Shown piece by piece: positions 37,736-50,600 of a stretch of 64,000 bases of DNA (position 1 is its first letter; each line of letters begins with the position of its first letter). The position numbers and the translations under genes were made by a program. The notes beneath the pieces were generated by a model that was given only the letters and a program-made list of their open reading frames with translations, was not told the origin of the DNA and did no database searches. Origin of the DNA: Mobula hypostoma (taxonomy: Eukaryota); NCBI RefSeq assembly GCF_963921235.1, contig NC_086097.1, positions 113,772,001 through 113,836,000 on the forward strand, read 5' to 3'.

Positions 37736-38209
37736 CTGGGTGTTGGAACCATGACATGTTAACATTTAGCATGTTATTTTTCTACAACAAGTTCACAGAA
37801 ACAAGGAGCAAAAGGTGGTCATTTCACATCTGCTGTCACTTAATGAGTTCATGATCTCTCTGATTCTAGCTTTGATGGGACATTCCTGTCGACCCAAAGT
37901 TCAAATTTATTACCGAAGTACGTATACCATATACAACCTTGAGATTCACTTTCTTGCAGGCAGTCACAAAACAAAGAAACACAATAGAATCCACTAAAAC
38001 ACACACAAGACCGCCACATATCCAATTTGTAAAAGACAACAAATTGCGTAAATAGTTAAACACGAACAACTGCAACATGAATTGCAGAGTCTCCGAAAAT
38101 GAGTCCAAAAATAACCTTTCACGTTTTCATTGATGGCCACCTTAAAAATATTCAGAGACCGATGCTACTACTTTCAAGGAAGTGTTCCAGAGACTCATAA
38201 TCCTCATAC

Positions 38210-38590
38210 AGTCATAGAAGACTACAGCACAGAAACAGGCCCTTTGGCACACATAATCAATGCTGAACAATTATTTTGCCTAGTGCCATCGACATGCACC
38301 TGAACCATAGCTCTCCATCCATTCACATATCCAAATTTCTCTTAAATGTTGAAATTGAATGTGCATCCACCACTTTCTCTGCAGCTCACTCCATGCTCTC
38401 ACTACCCTTTGAGTGAAGAAGCTCCCCTTCAGGTTATCCTTATATATTTCACCTTCTACCCTTAACCTATGACCTTTAGCTCTAGTTTCACCCAACCTCA
38501 GTGGAAAAAACCTGCTTACATCTACCTTGTCCATACCCCTCATAATTTTGTACACCTCCCTCGCTCCTAATCTATTCAACCTTTCCCTAT
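38210..38590 (-). mobile_element. CR1 3'-end fragment
   Basis: EVYKIMRGMDKV...FFTQRVVRAW. Confidence 0.7.
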
Positions 38591-41483
38591 AACAGCTCCC
38601 AGAGGGAAAAAAAACTCTTTTCTGTCATAAATGGAACAACTTCTAATTTTAGACAGCAATCCCCAATTACATTTTCTTTTGCAAGAAGAAACATCCCCAA
38701 GACTTAACTCTATGTAGATTTTTCAGTATCTTCTGGCTAAACCAAGTCAGCTCTCAAATCTCCAGGAGGTATGAGCCTAGCCTGTCTAATTTTTCCTCAG
38801 CATCTAAAGCTCCTCCAAACTGCATCCAATAAAAATAAGGAGACAGATACTGTACTAAGCTCTCCAAGCAGGAATTTACCAATGTCCTATACCAATGAAA
38901 CAAGACCTTCTTAGTTTTGCATTTAGAATTCCTCAGCAATAAGTGATAACATTGTTAGCCTATCCAATCAATTGCAGCATCTGTATAGCAGCTTTTTTTT
39001 TGAATTGTGGACTGGGATACCTAGATCCCTCTGCATCTCAGGGTTCTGCAATCCCTCATCATTGGTTAATTTACTTTCTTTTCCTGCCAAAATTGACAAT
39101 TAATATCTCCCCCACATGTAAATTGCAAAACTTTTACTCACTCACTTATATAGCTTTCTAGCCTCCTTAGTCTACTTTGTAATGTTTTTTTTCCCCTGCC
39201 TAGTTTTCTGTCAGCAACAAATGGAACAATTATACCTTTGGTGCCTTTATCCAAGTCATTTCTATATATTGTAAAAGGCTGAGACCCTAGCACTGATCCC
39301 TGCATCACATCAATCATTGCATCTTGCCAACCAGATAAATATCAACTTACACTTTTCTCCATCTTCTGTTAATCAACCAATGTTCTCTCTACAAGCTTTT
39401 ATTTTCTGCATTACCTTTGATGCAGCTTCTTATCTAATTGTTCTGGAAATCTTAGTACGTCCTCTGCTTCCTCCGATCCATCACATATTACTTCAAGAAT
39501 TTTTAAAAAAATGTCCTATTATAACATCATTAAATAACTTCGAATATTTTCCCCTATGCTGAAGGATTGCAGAGCTCTGAGATGCAGAGATCTAATTGAT
39601 CTAGTGCATAATTCTGTGATGGGTATTCACTGTACAGGGCCAGTTGGCTGTTTTTTTCTCTAAGCTCAGCTTTCTGGACACAGCAGCTGACACTTCTAGA
39701 GTTCAAAGAGTTATTTTTGAGTGAGTTAAATTTCCAACCAATAATCTTTGGTTAGCTTCTTGTCGTAAACGGGAGCTAGTCTTCAGTTCTTAATGTAAAT
39801 TGCAAAGAGTAATCAGCTTGAAGTTAAAAGGAAAGCTTTGCAAGCAAACAAGCACTATCTATATAGCACAGACTTGCTAGACCATAGCACCTGCTCATTG
39901 CTCAGAAGTTGCAGTGTAAGAAAATGGGGTATGTTAATTGGGCTTGCTTCAAACCAGATAATAATGGCTAAGTTATTTAGTTCAAGGAAGCTTGCAGACC
40001 AGGTTGATACAATCACGTAGCATATCAAATAGCTGATTTATTACTAGTTGGAAGGTTTGTGTGTTCAAATAGTCAGCTTCACAGCATTAATCGTGGGAAT
40101 CTGGGAACTCGGTCTCCAGAAGCTTTTAGACAATCAGTGTGAAAAAGTATTAGAAAAAATATCACGTGTATGAAGTTACTAAGTGGCAGAGTATGTATGT
40201 AGAGAAGAGTCAGGATTTTTAGGAATGGTCCAGAAACATCAAGAAAAATGATAGAAACACAAGTGAAGTAGAACCCATCCCTCTGTCTTCAGTTTCCGCG
40301 ATGGACAATTCATTCATTTGCATCTCATCAGTATGTCTTTTTAGCATATGGGAATTGCACCTGTGTTTTGGAAATCCTTTGTGCTTTAGAAATTGCTTAT
40401 AATTTGGAAATCCTTTATGAGATAGAAATCCTCTGAGTTGTAAATGTGCTTTAAGAATTTCGTTTGGATTTAAAATCACTAAAAATAAATGAGCTGTGTT
40501 TAAACTACTTTCTTAGCTGGGAGTATCTCCTCCTCAGTAGAAAGGGAGAAACTCACCGCTCAAATAGTGTGGATTGGCAGCTAATTGCACCAGAGAGGAT
40601 AAACAAGAAGTGAACTAGCTTTTGGAGATTGAGTAGTTAGAGTATAATGTCTCTTTAGTGAGGGTACCCGTAGCTATCTACATAGGATAGGGCTTAAGGT
40701 CTATGTTTGAGTTTAGCACTTGGCAGTCATCAAACCCAATACGATTACACTTCAAACAAAATAAAGCTATGATTGAGCTACTGTGATTAATTGGAAAAGA
40801 TAGCAACTTCATTGTTTATCACTGAGGAACTTGAAATGCAAACTAAGTAGGTTTTGCTTCATTTGAAGAGGAAATCTAGGGAACACATTTACTGCAACCA
40901 TTTCTAGCTGAATAGGGTGGCTAATTTGTTCCAAAGCTATCCTGTGATATTTAAAGTGCAGGTTACATGGTTACACTCTGTAAAGATCATCAATTTGGCA
41001 GAATGAAAATACAAGCCAAAATACTACAGAATTTAAACCCATTTTCAAAAAACAGGCTTGCTTTGGACCATCTTCAATTTCTTTGTTGTCCAGATGTCAC
41101 TTCTTTTTCTCTATTAACATTCTGATCTTTGCTCCACCTCAGGCCATTTCATGGGCTCTTTTCTCCTCTTTCCCTTTTTATGCTGTGTGTTAAGAAGTTA
41201 CATCAGTAATTTCTGCATCGGATGAAGATGTCATCAATCTGAAATGTTACTTCCCCCTCTGTCTCTTCACAGATGCCGCCCTACCTGAGATTTTCCAACA
41301 TTTTCTAGTTTTGATGCTTCAAATATTCAACCACATTTTACACATGGAATTTAAATACTGTCACAATGTTTTTGAAGCAATTGTGAAAGAGCACATAGTT
41401 AACTTTGAAACAGTTGAAGGATGAAATAAAACTGCTGGAACATTCTTAACAGAAGCAAAAATAATAGGGAAAATGAAATATAC

Positions 41484-41684
41484 CTCCACAAAGAAGTAGG
41501 TGATGCCCCGGAGACCATACGTTACACAGGGTTTCTTCTTGCCTAGCCAGTAGTTATCGGAAATACAGACAAAATCCACATCCTTGAAGAATGTGTCCTT
41601 CCGGCCATACACCAGGTCATCGAGACCTTCTGACCCGGACTCTTCCATTCCTTCCAAGCAGAACTTGATATTAACTGGAATTTC
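41484..41684 (-). CDS. CNDP2: CNDP2 exon: [67 protein letters not shown]
   Basis: 201 bp with AG/GT boundaries. Contains the catalytic EE and the metal-binding D of ISDN. Confidence 0.96.
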
Positions 41685-41843
41685 CTACAAAAAGTTCAAA
41701 GTCATCTCTTTCCACTAGTAGAATTTACTGCTTTAGCAATGGCAAGGAAATGCTGTCATAAGCACAAATCTTTTAAATGCCCTTTGCCTTCCAGGGATAA
41801 GGTATAATAGCACATTAAGAGCACTAAAGATAAACCTCATTAC

Positions 41844-41932
41844 CTGCTTTAGCTTTTGGAGAGCTTCGATACAGTTCAGCCATGCCAACACTGGTCCTTT
41901 GTCATCAGTGGAACCTCGTCCATACAATTTTC
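41844..41932 (-). CDS. CNDP2: CNDP2 exon: (G)[29 protein letters not shown]
   Basis: 89 bp with AG/GT boundaries. M20 signature GRGSTDDKG. Confidence 0.96.
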
Positions 41933-42319
41933 CTATAAAAGTTGCAAGCTTTAGAATGCTTTATCGGAGTGGATGGTGCGGGAATGCAAACAGTAATAGT
42001 ATGGGGAACACTAGCATCATCACTTACACACGTTTGGAAACTTTTAAAGAGTTAGAAAACTTACAATCCACACCTATTTCACTTAAACAGGGAGACTTTA
42101 CATTATTTCAAAAAAATTCAAAAGTGATCTGATGGGAGATAAATTACATGTCAGAGTCCTAAGTAACAGATCAATCTATTATATTAAAATAGCCACAAGT
42201 ACAATTGATCGGACTGATCAAACCTCAGTACATATACAACTTTCACGATGTAACTGAAGATGCAAACTGGAACAGTCACACTGTGTCAACAGTGGATGCC
42301 ATTTGATTGTCATTTTTTT

Positions 42320-44105
42320 TACTCAGCTTGGGAACATCTGAACAGTGAAGATACACACATCAGGATGCTCTTTATTGACTACAACTCAGAATGCTATACT
42401 ATCATCCCCTCGAAACTAATCATTAAGATCCAAGACTTAGGCCTCGATCCCTCCTTGATTTCCTCCCTTGCAGACCTTAGTCAGTATGGATTGGCAACAA
42501 TATCTCCTCCACAATCAACGTCAGGCTGTGTGCTTAGCCACCCTACTCTGCTTGCTTTATACTTATGACTGTGAGGCTAAGTACAACTCCTACGTCACAT
42601 TTTAAGTTTGTTGATGACATCACTGTTGTTGTCCAAACCAAAGGTGGTGACAAATTGGCATATTAAAAATCGGGAGATTGAAAAAGGTGTCACAGCAACA
42701 TCTTCGCACTAAATGCCAACAAAACCAAAGAGCTCTTTATTGACTACCGGAGGAAGAAAACAGAGGTCCATTAGCCAGTCCTCATTAGAGGATCAGACGT
42801 GGAAAGAGTCAGCAAACTAAAATTGCTTGGTGTTATCATATCAGACAATGTATCCCAGGGCTAGCACGCCAGGGCCATTACAAAGAAGGCAAGTTAAAAT
42901 ATCCTGTCTGGTTACACCAGAGCCTGGTATGGAAACACCAATACCAAAGAACTGAAAAGCCTGCAAGAAGTGGTAGGCAGAGTCCAAGTCCATCAGAGGA
43001 AAGCCTTCCCCACTATTTAGCACACCTACGAGGGGTGATTGATAAGTTAGTGGCCCAAGGTAGAAGGAGTCAATTTTAGAAAACCTAGCACATTTATTTT
43101 TCCTACATTTACACACGTAGCCCAGCGGTCATGGAGCATATGGATCACTTCTTTGCAGAAGTCGGCGTCTTGGACCTCCAGAAATGGTCCACAGCAGGAG
43201 TGATTGATAAGTTTGTGGCCTATGGTAGAAGGAGATGAGTTATTAACTTCAAACTTTCTGCATTATCACTCACAGAGTTGAACTGCACGTGCATGTAACG
43301 AGAGCTGCATAACTCATCGCCTTCTACTATAGGCCACGAACTTATCAATCACCGCAGCTGTGGACCACCTGGAGGTCCAAGATGCTCTCGTTACATGCAC
43401 GTGCAGTTCAACTCTTTGAGTGAAAATGCAGAAAGTTTGAAGTTAATAACTCATCTGCTTCTACCTTAGGCCACAAACGTATCAATCACCCCTGCTGTGG
43501 ACCACTTCTACAAAGAAGGGATCCATATGCTCCACGACCGCTGGACTAAGTGTGTACATGTAGGAGGGGACTATGTTGAAAAATAAATGTGCTAGGTTTT
43601 CTAAAATTGACTCCTTCTACCTTAGGCCACGAACTTATCAATCACCCCCGTAAAAGGAGCACTGCCACAAGAAAGCAGCACCCATTATCAAGGAGCCCCC
43701 ATCATCCAGACTATGCTCCCTTCTTGCTGCTGCAGTCAGGAAGCAGGTACTGGAGACTGAAGTTCCACTCCACCAGGTTCAGAAAGAGTGAATATCCTTC
43801 AGCCATCTGGCTCCTGGACCAGCGTGGATAACTTCTCTCACCTCAACACTGAACTGATTCCACAACCTATGGGCTCACTTTCAAGAACTCTACAACTCAT
43901 GTTCAGAGAATAATTTAATATTTCTATCTGCACATTTGGACTTCTTTTGCACATTAGTGTTTGTCAGCCTTTGTGTGTAGTTTTTTCGTTGATTCTGTTA
44001 TGTTTCTGGGCTCCACTGTGAATGCCTGCAAGAATATTAATCCCAAGGTAGCAGATAGTGATATGTAAGCACTTTGATAATAAATTTACTTGGACTTTAT
44101 TAACT
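42320..44105 (+). mobile_element. Decayed Rex1/L2-like RT and 3' region, host of the mariner foldback
   Basis: HIRMLFIDYNS...IIPSKLI, a QGCVLS-like motif and KFVDD, plus the family tail gataataaatttact. Confidence 0.65.
43029..43650. mobile_element. Mariner-derived foldback MITE (622 bp)
   Basis: TA|cgaggggtgattgataagtt...aacttatcaatcacccccg|TA. Long inverted arms and five copies of the TIR motif. Contains the mariner transposase C-terminus FYKEGIHMLHDRWTKCV..GGDYVEK* (with a 1-nt slip). Confidence 0.88.
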
Positions 44106-46276
44106 TTTGGAAACAATGTGCAAAGGTTAAGCACATGCTTAGCAAAAAAAGGGGCAAGGTAACGAAGAGGAACATCACACACAACTTTGTGTACACACTC
44201 ATTCCCGTAATTATCCGTGACACATGATACCTCGGAAAATTTCATGCTTTCCTTCTCACGCTATTGACAAGTTATTGAAATAATGAGTCTAGAAGTTACA
44301 CTTATTGGCCCTGTTTGTTTTAGTCCATTTTAGTGCTAAGTTATCTGCTTTACTAAACTGCCGTGCTTTGGGTTTTGTTGGCTGGTTCAGGAAGAGAATG
44401 GTTGAAGTGCAGTAGCTGCTCTTGAACCTGACGGTGTTGGACTTTACCTCCTGCCTGATGGTAGCTGCCAAAGATGGTTTGGCCCAGATGGTGAGGATCC
44501 TTGATGATTAATGCAGCCTTTTTGGAGTGGGGACATGCATGTGATACTCTAGGCAGAATTCACTACTGTACAGTTCTTATAAACCCATGTAATCAAATCA
44601 CTGCACCAGACCATGACACAACTAGTCAGAATATTTTCAACAGTACATCTGCAGAAGTTTGTTAATGTTCGATGACAAGTCAAGCCTCCTTAACCTAAGA
44701 AAAGGAAAGATGTTGGCATAATTTCCTAATGATTGAAACTATGTGTAGTCCCCAGACAGGTCATCTGATCCAAGGATTTAAAGATGCTGACTCTCTCCAC
44801 CACCAATCCCCCAATCTAGACTGATGCACTGTTTTCCTGAAGTCAACCACTGGCTCCTTAGCTTTGCTGATTGTTGACTGAGAGGCTGTTTTGTGGCACC
44901 ATTCAACCAGGTGTCCTATCACCCTCCCACAGTATGCGCCAGTCTGGGGCATTCGATCATTCCTCACCATGTCACAATCAACCAATAATTAACTGGTGCC
45001 GCACTAAATATGCTGAACCAATAATTGTTTCTATAACATGCAAATCTCATTTAACTAAATTTCATAATATCAAAAAGGGCATTACCAAATATTTTCAATG
45101 TTAAACGCAAGGAAGCAAAGGGTCATGCAACCACCAACATGGGATCTTCAGGCCCATCTCCTCCATACCCATCTATGCCAGTCCCATTTGCCCACAATAG
45201 ACCCATACCTGTCAAGGTTTCAAAGATTCAAGGTACGTATGCAGTGTACAACCCTGAGATTCGTCTTCCCACAGACAGCCACGAGACAAAGAAAAGCACG
45301 GAACCTGTTCAAAGAAAAACATCAAACCCCCAGTGCACAAAAAAACAACTTGCGCAAACGGCAAAAAAAAGAGCGAAAAACACAGAATATAAAAAGGTGT
45401 TTCATCAGAAGTATTCAACAACCTAAAATGTTCTAATTGTGTCTGGCTCCACCACTTCTTCTGAAATTCAGTTATTTACCAGCTCAAAATCTCAACCCTC
45501 CAAGCTCCTTTAAATTTCCTCCCTCTCACCATAAACCTAGTTTTAGATTCCTCAGCCCGAGAAAAAAGATGCCAACATGCTATGTCCCTCAATTTCATAA
45601 ACCCTAAAGTCTCCTCTCAGTCTCCTACATTCCAACAAGAATCAATACATCCTATCCAATCTCTCTTTACGAATATAGCCCTCCATTCCAGGTAATAGCT
45701 TGATAAATTTCTTCCTCACTCTCTCGGTTGTTTCTAGGAGGATGGAAGTGATTTGATAGAGGTGTACAAGATGATAAAGGCATACAGTGAGTAGATAGCC
45801 AAAGACATTTCCTTGGGTAGAAACAGCTAACACAAGGGACATAATTAAAGTATAAAGAGAGGAATTTCAGAAGTAGATTTTTTTTTAAATACAGAGAGGT
45901 GGATGCATGGAACGCACTGCCAGTGGTGGTGGCAAAAACATTACCTAAAACTTTTAGACAGGCACATGAATGATAAAAAAAACTGGAGGGAAGAGTTAGA
46001 TTGGTCTTAGAGTAGGTTAAAAAGTTGGCACAACATCATGGGTTGAAGGGCCTGTGCTGTGCTGTAATGTTCTGTTTTATACGCATGGTATGCACAACTA
46101 TACACAACACTGCAAGTTTTGCAACACTGCAAAATATTTATCAAAATAAATCACTGTCTTCCACGATATGGAAGCTGAGAAGGCAGAATGAAACCACCAA
46201 ATATGTGTTGTGAAAAACAAAGCTTCCGACCGCAAACAGTAGCGCGTGTACTTATCTGCGAGTTTGAAGTCACTCA

Positions 46277-47983
46277 GGCTACGTCCACACTAGACCGGAT
46301 AATTTTAAAAACGCTGGTTTCGCGTAAAAACGACAGGTGTCCACACTAGGCGTTTTTGAAAATTCCTCTATCCACATTAAAACGGATATTTGGGCGAATC
46401 TCCTCCTACTGGGCATGCGCAGGACACACAGAAAACAAGCGAAGAGGAAACGGTATACTTGGTGCGCAATTGTCCAGTTACAGAGTAGAAAAACTTCAAA
46501 GAAGATTGTCAAACGAAAGACTTGGTGCGCGTTTGTCCAGAAACATTTCCTACAGCCATAGTCTCTTCACCGATGAAAAGGACGACAGCTACAACTAAAT
46601 GCAATAAGGCTTGTTACTGGGCAAAAGTGAAATTTGCTGTTGCCTCATTTGTTTGCCTTTACTTTTGCCATGTCTTTGTGTATTATTTTCCTGTATTTAA
46701 CATGTGCAATTAAACGGGTTATTGGGCAAAAGTGACAATTGCATCTATTGATTGTTTGCACAAGCAATACATTAATAAAGCACCTTGTTAAATATATAAA
46801 TCATGTCTGCATCAGTGTTATCTTGTATTTCCATACAATGTTAGATTAGGCTGTTACACATCTATTGTCAGATATTGTTGTTGTGTTGGAGGTTGTGTTC
46901 AAGAAAACAATGAAATGCCACGCTGCCGCCACCATTTGTTCCGGCACGTCATGACATGGTTTTAAAAATAGCCGGTTACCCCTGTTACGTACCCCGTAAC
47001 TGGGTTGCCAAACCAGCAGAAATAGACCACTAAGTTGGAGTCTGGTTAACAGAAACTAATAAAGTTTTATTAAAGAAATAAGCAACACGGTATTCTAATC
47101 GTAAGGATATAAATGCAACAGGTTAGCAATGATAAAACACACATGTACACAGAGCTAAGGTAATAGGAATCAAACAAGCTCTATCGCAGTCAAGGGGTAA
47201 ATGATCAGTCTCAAGTGACGCAGAGTTCAGTTCAGCTTAGTACAGTTTGCAATAATCGCTGTTGTGCCGTTGGAGAGAGAGAGAAAGATAGAGATATTCA
47301 AATCTGATTCAGCAGACCTTTGATGTTCTTCGCAGTTAGCTCTCCGGTAGACCCTTTGTTATGTCTTCAGTGGTCACCGACTGTGACCCCTCCGCTCCGG
47401 ATACGACCGTTCTTCCGTGGTGAACCCGGCACCCAGGCAAGGGCGGACACACACACCAGGTTCCCGCTGATCGTACCCTTTCACCCTGTGCGTCTATGGT
47501 CGGTTCCCGCAACCAGACCTCCAAACTCCCACCAACTTGTGGGGGCACACCGCTCTTCCAGGGTCTCGTTCCCTCGTGGTGTGTCATGTCTTAGCGAACC
47601 TGTTCTTTTTATCCCCCTGCTGGGGTATCGCCTGTCCATCAAACTTCAAACAGTTCAGGTTCAAAGCAACCGGTCTGTCAATACTCGGACTGGTGTCTCT
47701 TTTCGTTACCTCTCTCTCCTCTGTCATTAACATTTTGAACGTTTCTCCATTTGTCTCCCTTATCTCTCTCATCAGCACCAATCTTCTGATAACTTGGTTT
47801 GTCATCACACCCCGTACACACTACGCCGGATATTAGGCATTTTCAGATTTATTCACTCTGGAGAGCGTTTCTGAAAATCTCCATTTTCGGGGGAGGAAAA
47901 AGCCATTTTAGTGTGGATGGAGGGTCAAAACGAAGAGAAAAAGCTTCGGTTATGGATTTATCTGGCCTAGTGTGGACATAGCC
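46277..47983. mobile_element. Non-autonomous PIF/Harbinger-like element containing a solo LTR
   Basis: TIRs ggctacgtccacactagaccggataa / ttatctggcctagtgtggacatagcc, 3-bp TSD TCA (46274-76, 47984-86) and repeated subterminal tccacact motifs. Confidence 0.85.
46983..47809 (-). repeat. Solo LTR of the same Gypsy family as 2884-9160
   Basis: tgttacgtaccccgtaac...tcaca, colinear with 8328-9160, with a 4-bp TSD cccc on both sides. Confidence 0.93.
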
Positions 47984-48484
47984 TCAGTTTGCTGGTTGCA
48001 CCGCTGGGACTCGGAAGCTGATAAACAGTGAATACAAAATAGCTTTAGAGGTGTTAAATGATGCCTTTGAAAAACTGGTTGCACTGTGCATCACTCTGCA
48101 AAGGAGTCTACTATCCTTAAAATAACTTCAGGCTTACTTCCACTTAAAAATTCAGTGCACACGTGTTGTCATCATTGGGCAAAAAAATTGCACAGCACAA
48201 GATCTTTGTGCACACCAGTCATTACAAATTAGAGGGAACATTGTGTACAACTGTTACTGCTCCAGCTTTGCAGTTGATCTGTGTCTTGCGATGTCCTTAT
48301 ATAATTTTTTTTTCATAGCATTGTGGGCTGAAAGGCCTGTACTATTCTACGTTAATTATAGAAAATCTAATAAGTAAGGAGATATACATCATTTTAAACA
48401 GAATCTAAGCTGGTCCTTGAGACAAAAGAACAGAACTGCATTTTGAGTGGATAGGATGAAGGAAGGTACGAGGCACAAATTATT

Positions 48485-48593
48485 AACAAGAGAAAATCTG
48501 CAGATGGTGGAAATCCGAGCAATGTTGACTGTACTTTTTTCCATAGATGCTGCCTGGCAAGTTGAGTTTCTCCAGCATTCTGTGTAGGTTGCT
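48485..48593. mobile_element. Penelope-derived mini-element
   Basis: TSD aggcaca(a/g)attatt (48471-48484, 48594-48607) and family termini. Confidence 0.7.
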
Positions 48594-49763
48594 AGGCACA
48601 GATTATTGATCTTATAGGAACTTCTTCAAGGAGAATGTCTATGAAAGTTCTCAGCCACCCAGGTCATCGTATATCAAGCAATAGTACATCAAGGCAACTG
48701 GACTTGGGTGTATTGTCTAGAAGACATCTCACTAGAGGTAATGAACGGGCCATTGGTCTTATCTTCGCATGAATGAAGGCGTGAACTGTTGTGAAGACCC
48801 TCTCATTATCTCTACGACTCTTAATGACCCTCATGTGATTGCTATACCTTTAAACTACTCACAGAGTTTATAAGCTGGAAATTACCCACCATGGATCAAA
48901 GCACAATAGAATCAATGGAAGATTGCACCCAACAAAATGGATAAACAACCAATGTTACAAAGACAACAAAAATTGCAGTATAAAAGAGAAAAAAAATGAT
49001 TATCATCAATCTAATCTTAGTTCGTAAAAGTGCCACCTTTGTCCTCACAATTACCATAACGGCAATGGACAATTATGTTTAGTTACCTTTGATCACCATC
49101 TGAAGAGCACTACAGCCCATAAACAGGCCCTTGGGCCCATCTAGTCCATGACAAACTATTATTCTGCCTAATCCCATCAACCTGAACCTGTCCCGGACCA
49201 CAGCCCTCCATACCCCTCCCATCCATGTACTTACCAAACTCCTAAATGCTGAAATCGAACCTGTATCCACCACTTCTGCTGACAGCTTGTTCCACTCTCT
49301 CACCACTCTCTGACTGAACAAGTTCCCCTCACATCTCCCTTAAACATTACACCTTTCACCCTTAACCTATCACCCCCAGTTCTAGTCTCACCCAAACTCA
49401 GTGCAAATAGGCTGCTTGCACTTACCCTATCTGTACCCCTCATGATTTTACATACCCTCATCAAATCTCCCTTCATTCTCCTACACTCAAGGGAATAAAG
49501 TTCTAAGCTATTCGACCTTTCTCATGTCAAATCCCAAAAACATCCTTGTAAATGTTCTCTGTACTCTTTCAATCATCTTGATATCTCGGCATAATGGACA
49601 ATTTGAGGCACCTGTTTGCTGAACAGAGCTTCTCGCTCCACACTCCCCACCAGTTACACTCTTGAGAACCTGCTTTGAGGAGCACCGTACCTTCTGGGAA
49701 ATGACCCCAACACCTGCAGAATTTACTCACACAATCAATGACTTTCTTAAAGGAACTCCTTTA

Positions 49764-50600
49764 ATGCAGCTCCTAAGGGACCGCGTTACGGAACTGGAGC
49801 TGCAGCTCGATGACCTTCGTCTGGTCAGGGAGAGCGAGGAGGTGATAGAGAGGAGTGGAAGGCAGGTGGTCACGCCGGGGCCACGGGAGGCAGACAAGTG
49901 GGTCACGGTTAGGAGGGGGAAGGGGAAAAGGCAGGTGATGGGGAGTACCCTGGTGGCTGTGCCCCTTAACAACAGGTACTCCTGTTTGAGTACTGTTGGA
50001 GGGGACAGCTTATCCGGGGGAAGCGACAGTGGCCCTGCCTCCGGCACAGAGTCTGGCCCTGTAGCTCAGAAGGGTAGGGCAAGGAAGAGGAAGGCAGTTG
50101 TGATAGGGGACTCGATAGTAAGGGGGTCAGATAGGCGATTCTGTGGACGCAGTCCAGAGACTCGGATGGTAGTTTGCCTCCCTGGTGCCAGGGTCCGGGA
50201 TATTTCTGATCGTGTCCAAGATATCCTGAAGTGGGAGGGTGAGGAGCCAGAGGTCCTGGTACATATAGGTACCAATGACATAGGTAGGAAAAGGGATGAG
50301 GTCCTGAAAGAAGAATATAGGGAGCTAGGAAGGGAGTTGAGAAAAAGGACCGCAAAGGTAGTAATCTCGGGATTACTGCCTGTGCCACGCGACAGAGAGA
50401 GTAGGAATGCGATGAGGTGGAGGATAAATGCGTGGCTGAGGGATTGGAGCAGGGGGCAGGGATTCAAGTTTTTGGATCATTGGGACCTCTTTTGGCGCAG
50501 GTGTGACCTGTACAAAAAGGACGGGTTACACTTAAATCCTCGGGGGACCAATATCCTGGCAGGGAGATTAGCGGGGGCTACTGAGGTGACTTTAAACTAG
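49764..50600 (+). CDS. CR1 ORF1 (leucine zipper plus SGNH esterase), N-terminally truncated
   Basis: LLRDRVTELELQL, GDSIVRG, HIGTND and DGLHLN. Confidence 0.85.
   Translation: MQLLRDRVTELELQLDDLRLVRESEEVIERSGRQVVTPGPREADKWVTVRRGKGKRQVMGSTLVAVPLNNRYSCLSTVGGDSLSGGSDSGPASGTESGPVAQKGRARKRKAVVIGDSIVRGSDRRFCGRSPETRMVVCLPGARVRDISDRVQDILKWEGEEPEVLVHIGTNDIGRKRDEVLKEEYRELGRELRKRTAKVVISGLLPVPRDRESRNAMRWRINAWLRDWSRGQGFKFLDHWDLFWRRCDLYKKDGLHLNPRGTNILAGRLAGATEVTLN

Noticed and set aside
49745..49765. TSD for the young CR1
   Set aside because: Only a 5-bp gaact match offset from the junction was found, which is not convincing.
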